Shown: positions 43,813-53,818 of the stretch, one piece after another
Layout of the letters: the number at the start of each line of letters is the position of its first letter
Position numbering within the stretch: the first letter of the stretch is position 1
Assembly (NCBI GenBank): GCA_965242865.1
Contig: CBDETK010000013.1
Span: forward strand, 1-64,000
Direction: 5' to 3'
DNA length: 64,000 bases
Source of the DNA: Candidatus Latescibacterota bacterium
GTDB taxonomy: Bacteria; Latescibacterota; UBA2968; UBA8231
Translations under genes and position numbers: made by a program
Notes under the pieces: generated by a model
What the model was told of the DNA's origin: nothing
The model's database searches: none
Seen by the model: the letters and a program-made list of their open reading frames with translations, nothing else

Positions 43813-45855
43813 ATGGTGTTCCAGCGGCTAGGCGTACTAATAGCGGTCCTGACGACCGGAGCTTGGGGCCGCGGCGAGTTCCGCCTCGGCGGCACCGACG
43901 GCAATGCTTGGCCGGCACTAATTGCCGAGCAAACGGCTTCGTACGTGCTGCTCAACGCCGAGGGCGGCATCGTCGAGGAGGTGACCATTGAGGCGGTGAC
44001 CGAAGAGGTCAGCGTGCGCTTCAACACCGCGGGCGTCGATACGCTGATCGACTTTGCCGGGGGCGGCCTGCGCCCGGTGTACATCGATCCGAGCGAAAAC
44101 TTGGCCCTGTCCATCAAGGAGCGCCAAGGGCACTTTTACACGGCCAGCATCTACGGCGGTACGCACTTGGTAACGGACTCCCAGCCCTTGCAGTTTCTCA
44201 TCGACGGCGATTCGACGACCGCCATGCTGGTGCGAGTGCCCGAGCCGCCGCGCTTGGCCGGCCGCAACAACCCCGGCGTGGTCAAAAACAACGTCATGCA
44301 CTTGGGGGCTGAGCTGCCCATCAACCGCATCCGCTTCTTCCCCCGGCCTCGGTTTGCGGACAACCACTTGGCTTGGTACGAAATTGGCGTGGCCGACCAC
44401 ACCGCGCCGTTTTGGGACAGCAACTTCGACCGCAGCCAGCGCGGCAAGCGGTGGTACATGGTGATCGACGCGGCCTTGGGCGCGCCCAATGACCCGGCCT
44501 TTGACATCTTGGCCCGCAACCGCGAAAGCCTCGACGTGGTGGTGGATTTGCGCTTCCCCACCCGCGACCTCAAGTGGATTGCCATTCGCCCGCTCGATCC
44601 CGAGCGCGATTGGGAAATCGCCGAGTTTGAGGTCTATGGCGAGGGCTTTGTGACCCGGACGACCTACCGCACTCCGATTCTGGATTTTGGCCGCGAGGTT
44701 GCTTGGAGCAAAGTTCGCTGGCAAGGCGAGGTGCCCGAGGGAACCCAGCTTTTGCTCCGCACCCGCACGGGCAACACGCCGCAGCCAAACGTCTATCGCA
44801 CCATCGGCCCCACCGGGACCCTCGAACCATCGACCCTCGACGAATACCTGACCCAGCTCGGCCGGCGGCGGTGGGACGACGTGGAATTGGGCTACGACCT
44901 AGAAAATTGGAGCCTCTGGTCGGCCCCCTACGAGTTTGCGGCCGGGCGGCGGCAGGTCGAGCGACCGGCCGCTAGCTGGCAAGACGGCACGCCCGTACTC
45001 TCGCCGAGTCCGGCGCGCTACTTCCAGCTAGAGGCCATCCTGTTCGCCCGCCGCGACGCAGCCCCGCGCATCGACGACCTGTCCCTGTTGTTTTCCGAGG
45101 ATCCCGTCGCCCAAGAGGTGGTTGGGGAGATCTGGCCGACCACCACGGAGAGCTTTGCGGCCACGACCTTCACGTACGTGGTGCGCCCGGTCTTGCGGGG
45201 GGGCGACTTGGGCTTTGACCGGCTGGAAATTTTTACCCAGATCCCGGTCGAGCGAGTGCATTCGGTGCTCATCGACGGCGCGGAGATCAGCGACCGCTTC
45301 CCGCCCGAGATTCGGGCCGACCGCCTGATCGTCGGCTTCGACCGCTTGGTGGGGCCGCGCGACAACGAGAAGCGGATCGAGGTCGTGTTCGACGCCAAGG
45401 TCTTGCGCTTTGGCGCGGACTTCAGAAGCTGGGTGTACGACAGCACTGAACCCGAGCTCAAGCAGCAGGTCGCCCCGGGCAACGCGACGTTCCGCTTTGG
45501 CGGCGATGTGGTATCGGTGCGCACGCCCATGGGCGGCGGCCTCATCAGCCGCGTACAGGCCACGCCCGCGACCTTTACGCCCAACGGCGATGGCGTCAAC
45601 GACCGCGTCGCGATTGCCTACGAATTGCGCGACTTGGAAAGCCAGCGGCCAATCCGCTTGCGGATCTACGACCTGTCTGGCCGCCTCGTGCGCCAAAGCG
45701 CGGCCAGCACCCGCAGCGGCAGCTTTGCCCAAACTTGGAACGGGCGCGACCAAGCGGGTGCTCTCGTGCCGCCCGGTCTGTACCTCTATCAGCTCGATTG
45801 GGACACGGACCAGGGCCGCGAAGTGGCCAATGGAATGGTGGGCGTGGCGTACTAG
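43813..45855 (+). CDS. Secreted FlgD-Ig/TPNGDG-tailed protein
   Basis: GAGGAGG RBS; signal peptide; LGAELPINRIRFFP, RTRTG, WSLWS, FTPNGDGVND, DLSGRLVR, WNGRDQAGALVPPGLYL, terminal VAY. Confidence 0.87.
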   Translation: MVFQRLGVLIAVLTTGAWGRGEFRLGGTDGNAWPALIAEQTASYVLLNAEGGIVEEVTIEAVTEEVSVRFNTAGVDTLIDFAGGGLRPVYIDPSENLALSIKERQGHFYTASIYGGTHLVTDSQPLQFLIDGDSTTAMLVRVPEPPRLAGRNNPGVVKNNVMHLGAELPINRIRFFPRPRFADNHLAWYEIGVADHTAPFWDSNFDRSQRGKRWYMVIDAALGAPNDPAFDILARNRESLDVVVDLRFPTRDLKWIAIRPLDPERDWEIAEFEVYGEGFVTRTTYRTPILDFGREVAWSKVRWQGEVPEGTQLLLRTRTGNTPQPNVYRTIGPTGTLEPSTLDEYLTQLGRRRWDDVELGYDLENWSLWSAPYEFAAGRRQVERPAASWQDGTPVLSPSPARYFQLEAILFARRDAAPRIDDLSLLFSEDPVAQEVVGEIWPTTTESFAATTFTYVVRPVLRGGDLGFDRLEIFTQIPVERVHSVLIDGAEISDRFPPEIRADRLIVGFDRLVGPRDNEKRIEVVFDAKVLRFGADFRSWVYDSTEPELKQQVAPGNATFRFGGDVVSVRTPMGGGLISRVQATPATFTPNGDGVNDRVAIAYELRDLESQRPIRLRIYDLSGRLVRQSAASTRSGSFAQTWNGRDQAGALVPPGLYLYQLDWDTDQGREVANGMVGVAY

Positions 45856-45933
45856 GCTGGAGAACTTGACATTGACTAGCGGCCCTATAAGTATAACTGA
45901 GTGCCGAATGCCCGGTGTCGCAAGGAAAAAGCC

Positions 45934-46941
45934 ATGTTAAACACAGACGACGTCAAACGCAGATTAGGCGGGGCGTTTACCCAAGAGCAGGTCGACATCT
46001 TCACTAGCCTGTTGAGTGAACTCCACGTCGGCTTGGCCACCTCCGTTGACATGGAGGACCTCAAGGATGTAGTCAAAGCACTTGCCGTCGCCCAAGCGCG
46101 GGCCGAGGAGCGGTTGGAAGGCGTGGAAAGCCGCATGGATCGGGTGGAAGCCGCGCTCGACCGCTTAGAAGCCGCCCAGGCGCGGTCGGAGAAGCGGTTG
46201 GAGGCCCTAGAAAATCGCATGGAGGGGGTGGAAAGCCGCATGGATCGGGTGGAAGCCGCGCTCGACCGCTTAGAAGCCGCCCAAGCCCGGGCCGAGAAGC
46301 GGTTGGAGGCGTTGGAAAAGCGTATGGAGGGCGTGGAAGACCGCATGGATCGGGTGGAAGCCGCGCTCGACCGCTTAGAAGCCGCCCAAGCCCGGGCCGA
46401 GAAGCGATTGGAGGCTTTGGAAGACCGCATGGATCGGGTGGAAAGCCGCATGGACCGCGTCGAGGCCACGCTCGATCGCTTGGCCGCGGCCCAAGTGCGG
46501 ACCGAAGAGGCCCTCGAAAAACTGACAGAAGCACACGACGAAACGCGCAAGCAGCTCGGCGGCCTCTCGCATACAGTAGGGTACATCCTCGAAAACGAAG
46601 CCTACCGCGCGCTGCCGGCGCTCCTCAAGGCCGAGCATGGGATTGAGATCGAGGACCGGCTCATTCGCACGTACCTCACAACCGACCGAGGATATCCCGT
46701 TGAGGTCAACATCTTCGGCCGCGGGCGCAGGAATGGGCGCGAGGTGGTCATACTGGGCGAAAGCAAGAGCCAGTTGTCCGCCAAGCACATCAACCATTTC
46801 ATCCAAGGCCGGCTCACTCGGCTCGAGCCGCTATTCGAGGATGTATTTGCCGTTTTGGTCACGCACATGATTTCATCGCCCGATGTGGCAGCTTATGCAC
46901 AAGAGCGCGGCATCGCCCTGTATTACTCGTACCAATTTTAA
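45934..46941 (+). CDS. Heptad-repeat coiled-coil protein with C-terminal PD-(D/E)XK-like domain (start re-called to 45934)
   Basis: 35-aa units AQARAEKRLEALExRMxxVExRMDRVEAALDRLEA; then LGGLSHTVGYILENEA, EVNIFG, ILGESKSQL. Confidence 0.75.
   Translation: MLNTDDVKRRLGGAFTQEQVDIFTSLLSELHVGLATSVDMEDLKDVVKALAVAQARAEERLEGVESRMDRVEAALDRLEAAQARSEKRLEALENRMEGVESRMDRVEAALDRLEAAQARAEKRLEALEKRMEGVEDRMDRVEAALDRLEAAQARAEKRLEALEDRMDRVESRMDRVEATLDRLAAAQVRTEEALEKLTEAHDETRKQLGGLSHTVGYILENEAYRALPALLKAEHGIEIEDRLIRTYLTTDRGYPVEVNIFGRGRRNGREVVILGESKSQLSAKHINHFIQGRLTRLEPLFEDVFAVLVTHMISSPDVAAYAQERGIALYYSYQF
46090..46500 (+). repeat. Intragenic ~105-bp tandem repeats (about four copies)
   Basis: CCGCATGGATCGGGTGGAAGCCGCGCTCGACCGCTTAGAAGCCGCCCA recurs at 105-bp spacing. 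Confidence 0.85.
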
Positions 46942-46968
46942 GGGGGCAGTTCAACGGACTTAGCTACA

Positions 46969-49668
46969 ATGAGCGGGGTAATAAGACAGCCGTTGGCCTT
47001 CCTCGGCGTCGCAGTACTCGGCTTCGTTCTCGCCGACCCAGCCGACGGGGGCCGCTTGGCATGGCAACGGGAAGTGGCGCAAAGCCCGGAGATCTACCTC
47101 GACGCCCTCGACCCGGCCCTGCGGCGCTGGTACGTGCCGCAGGTGATGTTCGCCGAATACCCGTGGCGGCAGTGGGAGTACACCAACCGCGCCCGGCTGC
47201 CGTATCAGCGCTACGTGAACATCGACTTGGAGGGCGATTACTTCTACGATCTGTACGGGAATTACCTGACTCAGGGCTGGCTGATTTTCAATACGGCGCA
47301 GACGCGGCCCCAAGAAGCCGGTAGCTCCCTGTTCAAGACCGAGCGGTTCGCCCGGTGGTTCAACGAACTGGTCATCGCCGGCGATCACAAGGGCCAATAC
47401 CACTACGCGCTGACGGTGAGCAACAACCTGCGGACCACCTTGACGCCGCTGTCGTTTTCCAAGCCGCGCCTGAACGGCTTGCAAATTGACCTCGCCACCG
47501 ACAAATACCAACTGACCTTTCTCCACTCGCTGATTACCGGCCCGCGCGGCTTGCAGCAGGAGGAGAGCCGCTTTACGGACGCGACCTCCCTCGTGGGCGG
47601 CCGCTTTGCGGCGCAGCTAGGGGACTTCGTGGAGTTGGGCCTGCACGCGGCCAACGCCCACCAGACCAACAGCGAGTCGAATCAGCTCGTAGAAACGCTG
47701 TACAAAGGCGGGCTGAACAAGCAGCAAAACGCGACCATATCCCAGATCGCAATCGCCTTGCGGGACGACTCGCCCGCAGACGGCACCGGCGGCGCAGCGT
47801 ACTTCCCAGACGCTTCGGACGTGATTATCACCTATCGCGACGGCACGGTGGACTCGGCCCGCGACATTCGCTTTGGCCCGGTGATCAGCGGCGGCTTGGA
47901 GCGGCAGGGGTTTCTCACTGCCGATGGCACCGGGCAAATCAGCCTGCTCTACGACTTTGACAGCCCGTCGTTTGTCAACCGCGCCTCAGCCGATAAGTCC
48001 GAGATCGCGGCCGTGGAATTTCGCCTCGTGCTGGCCAACGACTACCAGATTTGGATGAGCTCGGACCAGCAGTTGGGCGAGGGCGGCGGCTTTGTAACGG
48101 TCGGCCGGCCATCGAGCTCGTTTAGTTCGACCGGCGAGCGCTCGATCAGCTTGGGCGATGTCTTTGGCGCGGATGTAGAGGATCCGGTCTTCTTGCTGGT
48201 GGCGCAGGCCGAGGGGAATGTGCAGGACCTATCCAATCTGCGCACGGTCCGCTTTGCCTACGGGCTGCCGACCGCTACGACCGTCGCCGGCGCCACGATC
48301 AAGGTGGAAGACGTGCTCGGCTTTGACCTATACGGCGAATACGACCTGAGTTGGAGCTTCCGCAAGTATCCCAACGTCGCCGAGGACACCCACACTTCTT
48401 CGGCGGGCATTGGCGGCCGCGAAGGAGCACCCGCGTGGATGGCGAACCTGAGCAAGCACTGGGGGCGGCTGTCGCTGTTTGGGGAAGTGTATTCGATTGA
48501 CCCGCGCTACAACACCCAGTCTTTTGTCACCACCGCCTCGGGCCTCGATTACGCCCGGCAGGGCAACCGCTTTGACCTAGTGGAAGACAACGACGATCAA
48601 GATCGCTTCCCAGATGGATTCCGCGCGGATTTTTTAGTGGATGACCGCTTAGTCTTTCCCGGCTGGGACCTCAACAACGACTTAGTGCCCGACTTCAACC
48701 AAAACGACAACCGGGTCAAGGCCAACGCCGTTCCAGATTACGAAGAGCCGTTCCTCCGCTTCTTGGTCGATCGGCCGGAGTTCCTCTTCGGCGTGGATAT
48801 GAACCACAACTTCTGGGTCGATCTATACGAAAACGACACCGAGCCGGACTATCCCTACCGCCGCGACCAACGAGGGTTCAATGTCTATGGCGGCCTCGGC
48901 CTGAGTCCGCATTGGCAGCTCAAGGTGGGGGCCTTGCGCGAGGAGCAGATTTCAGCGGACCGCAAAAACCACAGCACGTACTGGCAGTTGAGCTACGAGC
49001 GAGCGTGGCCGCGGGTGGGGCGGGTGCGGCTCTTCGAGATGAGCCAGTTGGTGCAAGACGACATTCCCGATCCAATTTTGCAGTGGCAACCCGACAACAC
49101 GCTGCGCGGCGGCCGGCTCGTCCCGATCGACGACCCGCTCCTAGCGCGCGATGCTTGGGTCCACCAGCTATTCGTCGGCCACAGCCTGACGAGCGATGCG
49201 CTGTTGGTGATGAGCAAGCTGCACGGGGTCTTCTTTGTGCAGCGGCCGCGCGAGGCAACGGACTTTTTCTTTGGCTTGGTCAACAAGGCCAGCTATCGCC
49301 ACACTTGGCGCGGGCTGACCTTATCGCCGCGCTGGAAGAGCGAATGGCGTCAGCAGAGCCGGTCCCTGTTTGACCAAGCGGACCGCACGACCCTGATGGA
49401 GCTGTTTTCGCTGCTCTTGGAAACGCAACTATTGCAGGCCACCCACCTGCAAGCCGGCGTCGAGTACGCGCTGTTCCACGACTTTGACCTCGCGTTGGAA
49501 AACTTCGACTCCCTGAGTTGGGCCTTGCAGTTGGCGACCGAGTCGGCCTATCTGGGCTACCGGATCGCGGCGTTGGCTGGCTTTGTGGTTGAGCGCAAAG
49601 CGTTTGCCGAGGCCGAGCCGGCCACGACGACCGAGACCTTTGTCACGCTATACGCCGGCTTGCAGTAA
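46969..49668 (+). CDS. Large probable outer-membrane beta-barrel protein (paralog 3 of 3)
   Basis: Signal peptide; LDPALRRWYVPQ..WRQWEYTNRAR; EDNDDQD, DLNNDLVPD, DMNHNFWVD; ends FVTLYAGLQ; closest to 37127..39790. Confidence 0.78.
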   Translation: MSGVIRQPLAFLGVAVLGFVLADPADGGRLAWQREVAQSPEIYLDALDPALRRWYVPQVMFAEYPWRQWEYTNRARLPYQRYVNIDLEGDYFYDLYGNYLTQGWLIFNTAQTRPQEAGSSLFKTERFARWFNELVIAGDHKGQYHYALTVSNNLRTTLTPLSFSKPRLNGLQIDLATDKYQLTFLHSLITGPRGLQQEESRFTDATSLVGGRFAAQLGDFVELGLHAANAHQTNSESNQLVETLYKGGLNKQQNATISQIAIALRDDSPADGTGGAAYFPDASDVIITYRDGTVDSARDIRFGPVISGGLERQGFLTADGTGQISLLYDFDSPSFVNRASADKSEIAAVEFRLVLANDYQIWMSSDQQLGEGGGFVTVGRPSSSFSSTGERSISLGDVFGADVEDPVFLLVAQAEGNVQDLSNLRTVRFAYGLPTATTVAGATIKVEDVLGFDLYGEYDLSWSFRKYPNVAEDTHTSSAGIGGREGAPAWMANLSKHWGRLSLFGEVYSIDPRYNTQSFVTTASGLDYARQGNRFDLVEDNDDQDRFPDGFRADFLVDDRLVFPGWDLNNDLVPDFNQNDNRVKANAVPDYEEPFLRFLVDRPEFLFGVDMNHNFWVDLYENDTEPDYPYRRDQRGFNVYGGLGLSPHWQLKVGALREEQISADRKNHSTYWQLSYERAWPRVGRVRLFEMSQLVQDDIPDPILQWQPDNTLRGGRLVPIDDPLLARDAWVHQLFVGHSLTSDALLVMSKLHGVFFVQRPREATDFFFGLVNKASYRHTWRGLTLSPRWKSEWRQQSRSLFDQADRTTLMELFSLLLETQLLQATHLQAGVEYALFHDFDLALENFDSLSWALQLATESAYLGYRIAALAGFVVERKAFAEAEPATTTETFVTLYAGLQ

Positions 49669-49676
49669 TCTCCCAA

Positions 49677-51707
49677 TCACCGGCTCGGCGAAAATTCTGC
49701 TTCCCAGAGGATGCGATTCTCGATGGCAAGCTGGGCGGTACGGATGCGGTCGATGGCGTAGGCAGGGACGCGGACGAGCACCATGCACTCGTCGTCAACG
49801 CGCTCACGGCTCTTGTTGAAGTAGAAGTCGAGATTTTCAAAACCGTACTGTCTGCGGTCGGTGGGCAGGTCGGCCGGATCGACCGGATAGACGTGTAGCA
49901 CGAACTTGGCTTGCACGTCGGTGGAGGCGCAGGGCTGTTTGCGGTACATCAGCGTGCGTCCGGTGCGGTACACGTGCCAGCCAGCGCGGACGACTTGCTC
50001 GTCGGCCTGTTGGATGAGCTGCTCCACGTAGCGTTGTCGCCGGGCGCGATGCCTTTTTGCATCAAAGGGTTCGGCTGTCGTTTCGCCAAAGAAGGGTTCG
50101 GCTGTCGTCATGCGAAACACCACCCCATCGGCGAGCTCGGCCACGGGTTCTACATCGGGCAGGCCGCGGAGGTACCGGTCGTCGTAGTCGTACGCAGACT
50201 TTCTACTGCGGATCCAGACGATATACGTATCGGCACCATCGGTCTGCCGCATTATACGCGGCATCAACTTGTATTTGAATACCGAGAGAGCTTGGTACTT
50301 TCCCGGGGCGGCGGTCCGATCCCAAAACCAAGCAAGACCGTTGCTGTTGCTGTAAATCCGGCCTTCGCGAAGGTGGGTTCTGATGTAATTCAGAGTCTCG
50401 GAGGATGCCCAGTAGGAGGTATTGTACGTCCAGTATCCGAACCCGGAGAACCCGAATTCCAATGCTTTGGTGGTAATACGGAGGTTCCTGTGCGCCGAGA
50501 AGCCGGTGTGGGCGAGGGCCGCCAGCAAGACGAGGGCGACCAACCCCCACTTGGCCGCAGCCATCCGACCCGCCATCTCGATGGACAGGAACCGGTCCAG
50601 CAGCAACACCGCCACCAACAGCAGCGGCACATACACCGGCAGCAGGTAGCGACTGTCGATTTGCTGCCTAACCGTGAAAGGCACGACAGCGATTAGGAAT
50701 CCGAGGTAGGCTACGGTGAACACCCCGAATGGGAGTGCCGGACTCAACTCCAAAAGCGGCGACCCAGGCCGAAGCCGTAGATTCAGACCAACGACGACCA
50801 GCCCCGCTGTCCCCACTAGCCCGGCCGCTGTCCATACAAGAGAACTCAACCCGTCCAGCGCATTCAAGGGAATCACCCACTCTTGGAATACATCCACCAC
50901 TTGGCTCAGCCCATCGGACAGGGACTGCCCCCTCCCTCTTCGCCGCCCGGTTAGGGTCCCGGAGACCGCCCAGTTATGCGTCATCACTCCCGCGAGGGGC
51001 AAGGAGGCGACCGCGCCAAAGACGAGGGCGTCTTTCCACCGGATGACCAGCGACGGGGTGCGTCGCCCCAATAGCAGCAGGACGCCGGTGCCGATCAGGA
51101 CTACGCCCGGATAGCGGGTCACCGCGGCCAGCGCGGTAAAAACCACTGCCCAATACAGGGGCATCCTTCCGCCTCGTTGTAGGAAGGACGCTAACTGGAT
51201 CAAGGCGAGGAGCGTAAATAGGGCGAAGAGGGAGTCAGTGAAGAGGCTCGACGCGAGCTCGCTCAAGGGCAGGGACGCCGCGATGGTCCCGGTAGCCGCC
51301 AGTACCAACCCCCGCGACCGGAGATTGGAGCGCAGCCAGCTCCCCGCGGCGAGGATGGTCAGCCCGAAGGCGGTGGCGTTGAGCAGCCGACCCGCCTCCA
51401 GCGGCTCGATGCCAATCCAACCGCCGGCCGCCAGCAGCAGGGGGAACAAGGGCGGCCAGGTCACTATTGAGGTGCCCGTGAAAATCTGCCAGCCTTCTCC
51501 AGCGAGGAAGTTGATGGCCATGGACAGGAAACCTGCGGAGTCCGGGCCGACTGCGGGACCGTAGGTGGCGGTGCGGACGAGGATGTGCGCGGTGCCCAGC
51601 CCGGCGAGGACGACGATGAGCAACGCGAAGGGGTCGCGCCCCAACCGGACGATCCTCTCGATGGCGGAGCATTTTACCTCTCCCATAAATTTATTAAAAA
51701 CAATCAT
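49677..51707 (-). CDS. GT-C (ArnT/PMT-like) membrane glycosyltransferase with C-terminal soluble domain, array copy 1
   Basis: TM1 followed by GPDS loop, WPPLFPLLLA, TDSLF, TRYPG, RYLLPVYVP; C-terminal KQPC...FVLHVYP...NLDF...C...PAYAIDRIR domain. Confidence 0.82.
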   Translation of the reverse strand: MIVFNKFMGEVKCSAIERIVRLGRDPFALLIVVLAGLGTAHILVRTATYGPAVGPDSAGFLSMAINFLAGEGWQIFTGTSIVTWPPLFPLLLAAGGWIGIEPLEAGRLLNATAFGLTILAAGSWLRSNLRSRGLVLAATGTIAASLPLSELASSLFTDSLFALFTLLALIQLASFLQRGGRMPLYWAVVFTALAAVTRYPGVVLIGTGVLLLLGRRTPSLVIRWKDALVFGAVASLPLAGVMTHNWAVSGTLTGRRRGRGQSLSDGLSQVVDVFQEWVIPLNALDGLSSLVWTAAGLVGTAGLVVVGLNLRLRPGSPLLELSPALPFGVFTVAYLGFLIAVVPFTVRQQIDSRYLLPVYVPLLLVAVLLLDRFLSIEMAGRMAAAKWGLVALVLLAALAHTGFSAHRNLRITTKALEFGFSGFGYWTYNTSYWASSETLNYIRTHLREGRIYSNSNGLAWFWDRTAAPGKYQALSVFKYKLMPRIMRQTDGADTYIVWIRSRKSAYDYDDRYLRGLPDVEPVAELADGVVFRMTTAEPFFGETTAEPFDAKRHRARRQRYVEQLIQQADEQVVRAGWHVYRTGRTLMYRKQPCASTDVQAKFVLHVYPVDPADLPTDRRQYGFENLDFYFNKSRERVDDECMVLVRVPAYAIDRIRTAQLAIENRILWEAEFSPSR

Positions 51708-51774
51708 CTATGTCGTCATTTTTTAAGGTTCCCAACGGGCGGTACGCGGCACCCCTACTCGTTATCCAACAGGT

Positions 51775-53769
51775 TCACTGGCCCGGCGCAAACTCTGCTT
51801 CCCAGAGGATGCGATTCTCGATGGCAAGCTGGGCGGTACGGATGCGGTCGATGGCGTAGGCAGGGACGCGGACGAGCACCAGGCACTCGTCGGCAACGCG
51901 CTCACCGCCCCAGTTGAAATGGAAGTCGAGATTTTCAAAATAGTACTGTTTGCGGCCAGCGGGCAGGTCGGCCGGATCGACCGGATAGACGTGTAGCACG
52001 AACTTGGCTTGCACGTCGTCGGGGGCGCAGGGCTGTTTGCGGTACATCAGCGTGCGTCCGGTGCGGTACACGTGCCAGCCAGCGCGGCGGACCTGCTCGT
52101 CGGCCTGCTGGATGCGTTGGTCCACGTAGCGTTGTTTGCGGGCGCGATACCGCGCCGCATCGAACGATTTGGCCGCCGTTACGCGAAATACCACCCCATC
52201 GGATAGCTCGGCCACGGTTTCCACGCCAGGCAGGAAGCGGATGTACATGTCGTTGTAGTCGTACAAAGGCTTTTCATGCTGGAACCAAACGATATGGACG
52301 TCGTCGCCATCGGGCCTCCGCATTATGTACGGCATCACCTCCTTGTGCCTCCTCGGGAGATACTGGTGCCTTCCCAAGTCGGCGGTCTTATCCCAAAACC
52401 AAGCAAGGTGGGCGTTGTTGCTGTAAATCCGGCCCTCGCGAAGGTGGGGCCTGATGTAATCTAGGGTCTCGGAAGATTCCCAGTAGGAGATATTGTACAA
52501 CCCAAACCCGAATTCCAAGGCTCGGGCGGTAAGACGGAGGTTGCTGTGCGCCGAGGCGCCGCCGTGGGCGAGGGCTGCCAGCAAGACGAGCGCCGTCAGA
52601 CCGTAGCGGACAGCAGCCCTCCGACCCACCGCCTCGCTGGACAGCAGCCGGTCCAGCAGCACCACCGCGACCAACAGCAGCGGCACATACACCGGCAGCA
52701 GGTAACGAGCGGGAATCTCAACGGGGATCACGAGCGGCACGATGGCGACCATGAATCCGAGGTAAGCTAGGGCGAACCCCCCGAATGGGAGCACCGGCCC
52801 CAACCCGAAACGATCCTTGCCCTTATTCTCGCCCATCCGCCCTTCCCGCCTATAGCCTAAGCCGAGACCAGACACAACGACGACCAGCCCGGCCGTTATC
52901 CACAGGAGCGGCCCCAACCCGTCTAGCGAATTCGGGGGAATCAACCACTCCCGGAATACCTCCACCACTCGGCTCAGCCCCTCGGCCGGGGACTGCCCGG
53001 ACCCGCTTCTCGGCCCGGTCGGGGTTCCGGCGATAGCCCAGTTGCGCGTCAGCACCCCCGCGAGGGGCAAGGATGCGGTGGCCCCAAACACGCTGGCGTC
53101 TTTCAACCGGGTGGCCAGCGGTGGGGTGCGCCGCACCAGCAGCAGGAGGACACCAGTGCCGATCAGCACTACGCCCGGATAGCGGGTCAGCGCGGCCAGC
53201 GCGGTGCAAACCGCGCCCCACAGCAGCGGCGTCCTTCCGCCGCCATGCAGGAAAGACCCCAATTGAACCAAGGCGAGGAGCGTCAACAGGACGAAGAGGG
53301 GCTCGGTCCTGAATTCGGCCGCCCAATGGCTCAAGGGATAGGAAGCCGCGAGGGTCGCGGTGGCGGCCAGCACGAGCCATCGCGCCTGGAGATGCGAGCG
53401 CAGATAGCACCCTGCGGCGAGGATGGTCAGCCCAAAGGCGGTGGCGTTGATCCACCGACCCGCCGCCAGCGGCTCAATGCCGACCCAACCGAAAGCCGCC
53501 AGCAGCAGGGGGAACAACGGTGGCCATTCCACCAGCGGTCTGCCCATGAAATCCCGCCAGCCCTCGCCGGCGAGGAGGTTCAGGGCCGTGGATAGGAAAA
53601 TTGCGGGGTCGTAGGCGATCACCGCGTCGTAGGGGGTGGCGGTCGCGGTGCGGACGAGGATGTGGGCGGTGCCTAGCCCGGCGATGCCGACGAGGAGCAG
53701 CGTGGAGGGGTCGCGCCCGACCGGCCGATCTGCTTCCTCAATCCTCATAAACTTATTAAAAACAACCAT
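51775..53769 (-). CDS. GT-C membrane glycosyltransferase, array copy 2
   Basis: Same motifs (AYDP, WPPLFP, TEPLF, TRYPG). Confidence 0.82.
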   Translation of the reverse strand: MVVFNKFMRIEEADRPVGRDPSTLLLVGIAGLGTAHILVRTATATPYDAVIAYDPAIFLSTALNLLAGEGWRDFMGRPLVEWPPLFPLLLAAFGWVGIEPLAAGRWINATAFGLTILAAGCYLRSHLQARWLVLAATATLAASYPLSHWAAEFRTEPLFVLLTLLALVQLGSFLHGGGRTPLLWGAVCTALAALTRYPGVVLIGTGVLLLLVRRTPPLATRLKDASVFGATASLPLAGVLTRNWAIAGTPTGPRSGSGQSPAEGLSRVVEVFREWLIPPNSLDGLGPLLWITAGLVVVVSGLGLGYRREGRMGENKGKDRFGLGPVLPFGGFALAYLGFMVAIVPLVIPVEIPARYLLPVYVPLLLVAVVLLDRLLSSEAVGRRAAVRYGLTALVLLAALAHGGASAHSNLRLTARALEFGFGLYNISYWESSETLDYIRPHLREGRIYSNNAHLAWFWDKTADLGRHQYLPRRHKEVMPYIMRRPDGDDVHIVWFQHEKPLYDYNDMYIRFLPGVETVAELSDGVVFRVTAAKSFDAARYRARKQRYVDQRIQQADEQVRRAGWHVYRTGRTLMYRKQPCAPDDVQAKFVLHVYPVDPADLPAGRKQYYFENLDFHFNWGGERVADECLVLVRVPAYAIDRIRTAQLAIENRILWEAEFAPGQ

Positions 53770-53818
53770 TTAATTCATCCTCATTTTTCGAGTTCCCAAC
53801 GGACTGTATGCAGTGACC

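Noticed and set aside
45866-45897. Sigma70 promoter (TTGACA/TTGACT and TATAAG/TATAAC) before the coiled-coil gene
   Set aside because: Available spacings are 14 or 20 bp, not 16-18, so it is not supportable as a canonical promoter.
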